Made by a program: the position numbers and the translations under genes
Origin: Gordius albopunctatus
Taxonomy: Eukaryota
DNA: 64,000 nt
Reading direction: 5' to 3'
NCBI GenBank assembly: GCA_964276515.1
Contig: OZ193910.1
Span: 7,440,001-7,504,000, forward strand
Notes under the pieces: model-generated
Database searches by the model: none
Told to the model about the DNA's origin: nothing
Seen by the model: only the letters and a program-made list of their open reading frames with translations
In this document: in pieces, positions 1 through 9,969 of the stretch
Numbering within the stretch: the first letter of the stretch is position 1
Layout of the letters: each line of letters opens with the position of its first letter

Positions 1-354
1 AATAATTTTTGATGACTGATCAAAAAAATATTTTTCAAGGAATTCACCTCTTATACCGAAAACTTTCATAAGAGCTATATGGTTGAACAAAAAAATTGAA
101 AAAATTTTGAGGTCGAAAAAAATATTATTTTTCATATTCTTTCGAAAGGGATGATGAAAAAACCTTTAAAAGTTAGTAAATACTCATAGAATTTTGTCCT
201 TGTTAGAATCTTGATAGGAACTTTTGCGTGGGGTGATGTTTTAGATTGAGAGAAATTAAAATTTTCGTGTTGCGTTTAGATTGTTTCAATATCGCTTTAT
301 AAGCGTGTCTCTAGTTTTAGTGAAACAAGCTCCATGCGATCGTGATTTAGAGTT
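1..354 (+). repeat. Representative full-length satellite monomer (type A, 354 bp)
   Basis: The next unit starts at 355. Hand count gives 40 C + 63 G = 103/354 (~29% GC), many A/T tracts of 4-8 nt and 10 CpG. Confidence 0.97.
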
Positions 355-1415
355 AATAATTTTTGATGACTGATCAAAAAAAATGTTTTTCAAGGAATTA
401 ACATTTTTTACCGAAAACTTTCATGAGAGCTATATGGTTGAAGAAAAAATTGAAAAAATTATGAGGTCGAAAAAAATATTATTTTTCATATTCTTTCGAA
501 AGGGAGATGAAAAAACCTTTAAAAGATAGTAAATACTCATAGAATTTTGTCCTTGTTTGAATCTTGATAGGAACTTTTGCGTGGGGTGATGTTTTAGATT
601 GAGAGAAATTAAAATTTTCGTGCTGCGTTTAGATTGTTTCAATATCGCTTTATAAGTGTGTCTCTAGTTTTAGTGAAACAAGCTCCATGCGATCGTGATT
701 TAGAGTTAATAATTTTTGATGACTGATCAAAAAAAATGTTTTTAAAGGAATTAACATTTTTTACCGAAAACTTTCATGAGAGCTATATGGTTGAACAAAA
801 AAATTGAAAAAATTTTGAGGTCGAAAAAAATATTATTTTTCATATTCTTTCGAAAGGGATGATGAAAAAACCTTTAAAAGATAGTAAATACTCATAGAAT
901 TTTGTCCTTGTTAGAATCTTGATAGGAACTTTTGCGTGGGGTGATGTTTTAGATTGAGAGAAATTAAAATTTTCGTGTTGCGTTTAGATTGTTTCAATAT
1001 CGCTTTATAAGCGTGTTTCTAGTTTTAGTGAAACAGGCTCTATGCGATCGTGATTTAGAGTTAATAATTTTTGATGACTGATCAAAAAAATATTTTTCAA
1101 GGAATTCACCTCTTATACCGAAAACTTTCATGAGAGCTATATGGTTGAACAAAAAAAATTAAAACAATTTTGAGGTCGAAAAAAATATTATTTTTCATAT
1201 TCTTTCGAAAGGGAGATGAAAAAATCTTTAAAAGTTAGTAAATATTCTTAGCATTTTGTCCTTGTTAGAATCTTGATAGGAATTTATGCGTGGGAGGATG
1301 TTTTAGATTGAGAGAAATTAAAATTTAGGTGTACGTTTATATTGTTTCAATATCGCTTTATAAGCGTGTCTCTAGTTTTAGTGAAACAAGCTCTATGCGA
1401 TCGTGATTTAGAGTT

Positions 1416-1713
1416 AATAATTTTTGATGACTGATCAAAAAAATATTTTTAAAGGAATTCACCTCTTATACCGAAAACTTTCATGAGAGCTATATGGTTG
1501 AACAAAAAAAATTAAAACAATTTTGAGGCCGAAAAAAATATTATTTTTCATATTCTTTCGAAAGGGAGATGAAAAAAGAATTTTTGCGTGGGGGATGTTT
1601 GAGATTGAGAGAAATTAAAATTTTCGTGTTGCGTTTAGATTGTTTCAATATCGCTTTATAAGCGTGTTTCTAGTTTTAGTGAAACAGGCTCTATGCGATC
1701 GTGATTTAGAGTT
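1416..1713 (+). repeat. Short monomer variant D (298 bp): 55-bp internal deletion plus 1-bp shorter G-run; 24 copies counted in the window
   Basis: The junction GAGATGAAAAAA|GAATTTTTGCGTGGGGGATGTTTGAG lacks TCTTTAAAAGTTAG...AATCTTGATAG (55 bp). Junctions lie near 1577, 2229, 5704, 6356, 8771, 10484, 11136, 14259, 17382, 18034, 20449, 23572, 24224, 26639, 30476, 31128, 34250, 35961, 36667, 38025, 40790, 43554, 53368 and 57907. Confidence 0.95.
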
Positions 1714-4700
1714 AATAATTTTTGATGACTGATCAAAAAAATATTTTTCAAGGAATTCACCTCTTATACCGAAAACTTTCATAAGAGCTATATGGTTGAA
1801 CAAAAAAATTGAAAAAATTTTGAGGTCGAAAAAAATATTATTTTTCATATTCTTTCGAAAGGGATGATGAAAAAACCTTTAAAAGTTAGTAAATACTCAT
1901 AGAATTTTGTCCTTGTTAGAATCTTGATAGGAACTTTTGCGTGGGGTGATGTTTTAGATTGAGAGAAATTAAAATTTTCGTGTTGCGTTTAGATTGTTTC
2001 AATATCGCTTTATAAGCGTGTCTCTAGTTTTAGTGAAACAAGCTCCATGCGATCGTGATTTAGAGTTAATAATTTTTGATGACTGATCAAAAAAATATTT
2101 TTAAAGGAATTCACCTCTTATACCGAAAACTTTCATGAGAGCTATATGGTTGAACAAAAAAAATTAAAACAATTTTGAGGTCGAAAAAAATATTATTTTT
2201 CATATTCTTTCGAAAGGGAGATGAAAAAAGAATTTTTGCGTGGGGGATGTTTGAGATTGAGAGAAATTAAAATTTTCGTGTTGCGTTTAGATTGTTTCAA
2301 TATCGCTTTATAAGCGTGTTTCTAGTTTTAGTGAAACAGGCTCTATGCGATCGTGATTTAGAGTTAATAATTTTTGATGACTGATCAAAAAAATATTTTT
2401 CAAGGAATTCACCTCTTATACCGAAAACTTTCATAAGAGCTATATGGTTGAAGAAAAAATTGAAACAATTTTGAGGTCGAAAAAAATATTATTTTTCATA
2501 TTCTTTCGAAAGGGAGATGAAAAAATCTTTAAAAGTTAGTAAATATTCTTAGCATTTTGTCCTTGTTAGAATCTTGATAGGAATTTATGCGTGGGAGGAT
2601 GTTTTAGATTGAGAGAAATTAAAATTTAGGTGTTGCGTTTATATTGTTTCAATATCGCTTTATAAGCGTGTCTCTAGTTTTAGTGAAACAAGCTCTATGC
2701 GATCGTGATTTAGAGTTAATAATTTTTGATGACTGATCAAAAAAATGTTTTTAAAGGAATTCACCTCTTATACCGAAAACTTTCATGAGAGCTATATGGT
2801 TGAACAAAAAAATTGAAAAAATTTTGAGGTCGAAAAAAATATTATTTTTCATATTCTTTCGAAAGGGATGATGAAAAAACCTTTAAAAGTTAGTAAATAC
2901 TCATAGAATTTTGTCCTTGTTAGAATCTTGATAGGAACTTTTGCGTGGGGTGATGTTTGAGATTGAGAGAAATTAAAATTTAGGTGTACGTTTATATTGT
3001 TTCAATATCGCTTTATAAGCGTGTCTCTAGTTTTAGTGAAACAAGCTCTATGCGATCGTGATTTAGAGTTAATAATTTTTGATGACTGATCAAAAAAATG
3101 TTTTTAAAGGAATTAACATTTTTTACCGAAAACTTTCATGAGAGCTATATGGTTGAAGAAAAAATTGAAACAATTTTGAGGTCGAAAAAAATATTATTTT
3201 TCATATTCTTTCGAAAGGGAGATGAAAAAATCTTTAAAAGTTAGTAAATATTCTTAGCATTTTGTCCTTGTTAGAATCTTGATAGGAATTTATGCGTGGG
3301 AGGATGTTTTAGATTGAGAGAAATTAAAATTTAGGTGTACGTTTATATTGTTTCAATATCGCTTTATAAGCGTGTCTCTAGTTTTAGTGAAACAAGCTCT
3401 ATGCGATCGTGATTTAGAGTTAATAATTTTTGATGACTGATCAAAAAAATGTTTTTAAAGGAATTCACCTCTTATACCGAAAACTTTCATGAGAGCTATA
3501 TGGTTGAACAAAAAAATTGAAAAATTTTTGAGGTCGAAAAAAATATTATTTTTCATATTCTTTCGAAAGGGATGATGAAAAAACCTTTAAAAGTTAGTAA
3601 ATACTCATAGAATTTTGTCCTTGTTAGAATCTTGATAGGAACTTTTGCGTGGGAGGATGTTTTAGATTGAGAGAAATTAAAATTTAGGTGTTGCGTTTAT
3701 ATTGTTTCAATATCGCTTTATAAGCGTGTCTCTAGTTTTAGTGAAACAAGGTCCATGCGATCGTGATTTAGAGTTAATAATTTTTGATGACTGATCAAAA
3801 AAATGTTTTTAAAGGAATTAACATTTTTTACCGAAAACTTTCATGAGAGCTATATGGTTGAACAAAAAAATTAAAAAAATTTTGAGGTCGAAAAAAATAT
3901 TATTTTTTATATTCTTTCGAATGGGAGATGAAAAAATCCTTAAAAGTTAGTAAATATTCTTAGCATTCTGTCCTTGTTAGAATCTTGAAAGGAATTTTTG
4001 CGTGGGGGGTTGTTTTAGATTGAGAGAAATTAAAATTTTCGTGTTGCGTTTAGATTGTTTCAATATGGCTTTATAAGCGTGTCTCTAGTTTTAGTGAAAC
4101 AGGCTCTATGCGATCGTGATTTAGAGTTAATAATTTTTGATGACTGATCAAAAAAATGTTTTTCAAGGAATTAACATTTTTTACCGAAAACTTTCATGAG
4201 AGCTATATGGTTGAACAAAAAAATTGAAAAAATTTTGAGGTCGAAAAAAATATTATTTTTCATATTCATTCGAAAGCGAGATGAAAAAATCTTTAAAAGA
4301 TAGTAAATACTCATAGAATTTTGTCCTTGTTTGAATCTTGATAGGAACTTTTGCGTGGGGTGATGTTTTAGATTGAGAGAAATTAAAATTTTCGTGTTGC
4401 GTTTAGATTGTTTCAATATGGCTTTATAAGCGTGTCTCTAGTTTTAGTGAAACAGGCTCTATGCGATCGTGATTTAGAGTTAATAATTTTTGATGACTGA
4501 TCAAAAAAATGTTTTTCAAGGAATTAACATTTTTTACCGAAAACTTTCATGAGAGCTATATGGTTGAACAAAAAAATTGAAAAAATTTTGAGGTCGAAAA
4601 AAATATTATTTTTCATATTCATTCGAAAGCGAGATGAAAAAATCTTTAAAAGATAGTAAATACTCATAGAATTTTGTCCTTGTTTGAATCTTGATAGGAA

Positions 4701-7700
4701 CTTTTGCGTGGGGTGATGTTTTAGATTGAGAGAAATTAAAATTTTCGTGCTGCGTTTAGATTGTTTCAATATCGCTTTATAAGTGTGTCTCTAGTTTTAG
4801 TGAAACAAGCTCCATGCGATCCTGATTTAGAGTTAATAATTTTTGATGACTGATCAAAAAAAATGTTTTTAAAGGAATTAACATTTTTTACCGAAAACTT
4901 TCATGAGAGCTATATGGTTGAACAAAAAAATTGAAAAAATTTTGAGGTCGAAAAAAATATTATTTTTCATATTCTTTCGAAAGGGATGATGAAAAAACCT
5001 TTAAAAGATAGTAAATACTCATAGAATTTTGTCCTTGTTAGAATCTTGATAGGAACTTTTGCGTGGGGTGATGTTTTAGATTGAGAGAAATTAAAATTTT
5101 CGTGTTGCGTTTAGATTGTTTCAATATCGCTTTATAAGCGTGTTTCTAGTTTTAGTGAAACAGGCTCTATGCGATCGTGATTTAGAGTTAATAATTTTTG
5201 ATGACTGATCAAAAAAATATTTTTCAAGGAATTCACCTCTTATACCGAAAACTTTCATGAGAGCTATATGGTTGAACAAAAAAAATTAAAACAATTTTGA
5301 GGTCGAAAAAAATATTATTTTTCATATTCTTTCGAAAGGGAGATGAAAAAATCTTTAAAAGTTAGTAAATATTCTTAGCATTTTGTCCTTGTTAGAATCT
5401 TGATAGGAATTTATGCGTGGGAGGATGTTTTAGATTGAGAGAAATTAAAATTTAGGTGTACGTTTATATTGTTTCAATATCGCTTTATAAGCGTGTCTCT
5501 AGTTTTAGTGAAACAAGCTCTATGCGATCGTGATTTAGAGTTAATAATTTTTGATGACTGATCAAAAAAATATTTTTAAAGGAATTCACCTCTTATACCG
5601 AAAACTTTCATGAGAGCTATATGGTTGAACAAAAAAAATTAAAACAATTTTGAGGTCGAAAAAAATATTATTTTTCATATTCTTTCGAAAGGGAGATGAA
5701 AAAAGAATTTTTGCGTGGGGGATGTTTGAGATTGAGAGAAATTAAAATTTTCGTGTTGCGTTTAGATTGTTTCAATATCGCTTTATAAGCGTGTTTCTAG
5801 TTTTAGTGAAACAGGCTCTATGCGATCGTGATTTAGAGTTAATAATTTTTGATGACTGATCAAAAAAATATTTTTCAAGGAATTCACCTCTTATACCGAA
5901 AACTTTCATAAGAGCTATATGGTTGAACAAAAAAATTGAAAAAATTTTGAGGTCGAAAAAAATATTATTTTTCATATTCTTTCGAAAGGGATGATGAAAA
6001 AACCTTTAAAAGTTAGTAAATACTCATAGAATTTTGTCCTTGTTAGAATCTTGATAGGAACTTTTGCGTGGGGTGATGTTTTAGATTGAGAGAAATTAAA
6101 ATTTTCGTGTTGCGTTTAGATTGTTTCAATATCGCTTTATAAGCGTGTCTCTAGTTTTAGTGAAACAAGCTCCATGCGATCGTGATTTAGAGTTAATAAT
6201 TTTTGATGACTGATCAAAAAAATATTTTTAAAGGAATTCACCTCTTATACCGAAAACTTTCATGAGAGCTATATGGTTGAACAAAAAAAATTAAAACAAT
6301 TTTGAGGTCGAAAAAAATATTATTTTTCATATTCTTTCGAAAGGGAGATGAAAAAAGAATTTTTGCGTGGGGGATGTTTGAGATTGAGAGAAATTAAAAT
6401 TTTCGTGTTGCGTTTAGATTGTTTCAATATCGCTTTATAAGCGTGTTTCTAGTTTTAGTGAAACAGGCTCTATGCGATCGTGATTTAGAGTTAATAATTT
6501 TTGATGACTGATCAAAAAAATATTTTTCAAGGAATTCACCTCTTATACCGAAAACTTTCATAAGAGCTATATGGTTGAAGAAAAAATTGAAACAATTTTG
6601 AGGTCGAAAAAAATATTATTTTTCATATTCTTTCGAAAGGGAGATGAAAAAATCTTTAAAAGTTAGTAAATATTCTTAGCATTTTGTCCTTGTTAGAATC
6701 TTGATAGGAATTTATGCGTGGGAGGATGTTTTAGATTGAGAGAAATTAAAATTTAGGTGTTGCGTTTATATTGTTTCAATATCGCTTTATAAGCGTGTCT
6801 CTAGTTTTAGTGAAACAAGCTCTATGCGATCGTGATTTAGAGTTAATAATTTTTGATGACTGATCAAAAAAATGTTTTTAAAGGAATTCACCTCTTATAC
6901 CGAAAACTTTCATGAGAGCTATATGGTTGAACAAAAAAATTGAAAAAATTTTGAGGTCGAAAAAAATATTATTTTTCATATTCTTTCGAAAGGGATGATG
7001 AAAAAACCTTTAAAAGTTAGTAAATACTCATAGAATTTTGTCCTTGTTAGAATCTTGATAGGAACTTTTGCGTGGGGTGATGTTTGAGATTGAGAGAAAT
7101 TAAAATTTAGGTGTACGTTTATATTGTTTCAATATCGCTTTATAAGCGTGTCTCTAGTTTTAGTGAAACAAGCTCTATGCGATCGTGATTTAGAGTTAAT
7201 AATTTTTGATGACTGATCAAAAAAATGTTTTTAAAGGAATTAACATTTTTTACCGAAAACTTTCATGAGAGCTATATGGTTGAAGAAAAAATTGAAACAA
7301 TTTTGAGGTCGAAAAAAATATTATTTTTCATATTCTTTCGAAAGGGAGATGAAAAAATCTTTAAAAGTTAGTAAATATTCTTAGCATTTTGTCCTTGTTA
7401 GAATCTTGATAGGAATTTATGCGTGGGAGGATGTTTTAGATTGAGAGAAATTAAAATTTAGGTGTACGTTTATATTGTTTCAATATCGCTTTATAAGCGT
7501 GTCTCTAGTTTTAGTGAAACAAGCTCTATGCGATCGTGATTTAGAGTTAATAATTTTTGATGACTGATCAAAAAAATGTTTTTAAAGGAATTCACCTCTT
7601 ATACCGAAAACTTTCATGAGAGCTATATGGTTGAACAAAAAAATTGAAAAATTTTTGAGGTCGAAAAAAATATTATTTTTCATATTCTTTCGAAAGGGAT

Positions 7701-9969
7701 GATGAAAAAACCTTTAAAAGTTAGTAAATACTCATAGAATTTTGTCCTTGTTAGAATCTTGATAGGAACTTTTGCGTGGGAGGATGTTTTAGATTGAGAG
7801 AAATTAAAATTTAGGTGTTGCGTTTATATTGTTTCAATATCGCTTTATAAGCGTGTCTCTAGTTTTAGTGAAACAAGGTCCATGCGATCGTGATTTAGAG
7901 TTAATAATTTTTGATGACTGATCAAAAAAATGTTTTTAAAGGAATTAACATTTTTTACCGAAAACTTTCATGAGAGCTATATGGTTGAACAAAAAAATTA
8001 AAAAAATTTTGAGGTCGAAAAAAATATTATTTTTTATATTCTTTCGAATGGGAGATGAAAAAATCCTTAAAAGTTAGTAAATATTCTTAGCATTCTGTCC
8101 TTGTTAGAATCTTGAAAGGAATTTTTGCGTGGGGGGATGTTTTAGATTGAGAGAAATTAAAATTTTCGTGTTGCGTTTAGATTGTTTCAATATGGCTTTA
8201 TAAGCGTGTCTCTAGTTTTAGTGAAACAGGCTCTATGCGATCGTGATTTAGAGTTAATAATTTTTGATGACTGATCAAAAAAAATGTTTTTCAAGGAATT
8301 AACATTTTTTACCGAAAACTTTCATGAGAGCTATATGGTTGAACAAAAAAATTGAAAAAATTTTGAGGTCGAAAAAAATATTATTTTTCATATTCATTCG
8401 AAAGCGAGATGAAAAAATCTTTAAAAGTTAGTAAATATTCTTAGCATTTTGTCCTTGTTAGAATCTTGATAGGAATTTATGCGTGGGAGGATGTTTTAGA
8501 TTGAGAGAAATTAAAATTTAGGTGTTGCGTTTATATTGTTTCAATATCGCTTTATAAGCGTGTCTCTAGTTTTAGTGAAACAAGCTCTATGCGATCGTGA
8601 TTTAGAGTTAATAATTTTTGATGACTGATCAAAAAAATGTTTTTAAAGGAATTCACCTCTTATACCGAAAACTTTCATGAGAGCTATATGGTTGAACAAA
8701 AAAAATTAAAACAATTTTGAGGTCGAAAAAAATATTATTTTTCATATTCTTTCGAAAGGGAGATGAAAAAAGAATTTTTGCGTGGGGGATGTTTGAGATT
8801 GAGAGAAATTAAAATTTTCGTGTTGCGTTTAGATTGTTTCAATATCGCTTTATAAGCGTGTTTCTAGTTTTAGTGAAACAGGCTCTATGCGATCGTGATT
8901 TAGAGTTAATAATTTTTGATGACTGATCAAAAAAATATTTTTCAAGGAATTCACCTCTTATACCGAAAACTTTCATAAGAGCTATATGGTTGAACAAAAA
9001 AATTGAAAAAATTTTGAGGTCGAAAAAAATATTATTTTTCATATTCTTTCGAAAGGGATGATGAAAAAACCTTTAAAAGTTAGTAAATACTCATAGAATT
9101 TTGTCCTTGTTAGAATCTTGATAGGAACTTTTGCGTGGGGTGATGTTTTAGATTGAGAGAAATTAAAATTTTCGTGTTGCGTTTAGATTGTTTCAATATC
9201 GCTTTATAAGCGTGTCTCTAGTTTTAGTGAAACAAGCTCCATGCGATCGTGATTTAGAGTTAATAATTTTTGATGACTGATCAAAAAAAATGTTTTTCAA
9301 GGAATTAACATTTTTTACCGAAAACTTTCATGAGAGCTATATGGTTGAAGAAAAAATTGAAAAAATTATGAGGTCGAAAAAAATATTATTTTTCATATTC
9401 TTTCGAAAGGGAGATGAAAAAACCTTTAAAAGATAGTAAATACTCATAGAATTTTGTCCTTGTTTGAATCTTGATAGGAACTTTTGCGTGGGGTGATGTT
9501 TTAGATTGAGAGAAATAAAAATTTTCGTGCTGCGTTTAGATTGTTTCAATATCGCTTTATAAGTGTGTCTCTAGTTTTAGTGAAACAAGCTCCATGCGAT
9601 CGTGATTTAGAGTTAATAATTTTTGATGACTGATCAAAAAAAATGTTTTTAAAGGAATTAACATTTTTTACCGAAAACTTTCATGAGAGCTATATGGTTG
9701 AACAAAAAAATTGAAAAAATTTTGAGGTCGAAAAAAATATTATTTTTCATATTCTTTCGAAAGGGATGATGAAAAAACCTTTAAAAGATAGTAAATACTC
9801 ATAGAATTTTGTCCTTGTTAGAATCTTGATAGGAACTTTTGCGTGGGGTGATGTTTTAGATTGAGAGAAATTAAAATTTTCGTGTTGCGTTTAGATTGTT
9901 TCAATATCGCTTTATAAGCGTGTTTCTAGTTTTAGTGAAACAGGCTCTATGCGATCGTGATTTAGAGTT

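Noticed and set aside
148..236. G-quadruplex
   Set aside because: Each monomer has only two G-runs of 3 or more, about 80 bp apart (about 25 bp in D), which is insufficient for a canonical four-tract intramolecular G4.
139..280. CENP-B box
   Set aside because: The TTCG occurrences (TTCGAAAGGG, TTCGTGTTGCG) do not fit the nTTCGnnnnAnnCGGGn core.
1..354. Drosophila 1.688 (353/356/359-bp) or Tribolium TCAST (~360-bp) satellite identity
   Set aside because: The length and AT content are similar, and AATTTTGATGAC resembles a short stretch of the 359-bp repeat as I recall it, but I see no extended similarity. A BLAST/Dfam search is needed, so no family is assigned.
1..354. Tandem 5S rRNA, tRNA, snRNA or spliced-leader gene cluster
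   Set aside because: The unit size is compatible with such clusters, but I recognise no 5S, tRNA or snRNA conserved sequence and GC is only ~29%. An Infernal/Rfam scan would be the definitive test.
1..354. Monomer as a dimer of ~177-bp halves
   Set aside because: The two halves show no visible alignment at a ~177-bp offset.
1565..1590. Microhomology (TGAAA) origin of the 55-bp deletion from a J-type parent
   Set aside because: Joining GATGAAA(AAA) to J-type CTTGAAAGGAATT predicts ...AAAGGAATT, but the observed junction has a single G (AAAAAAGAATT), so the fit is imperfect.
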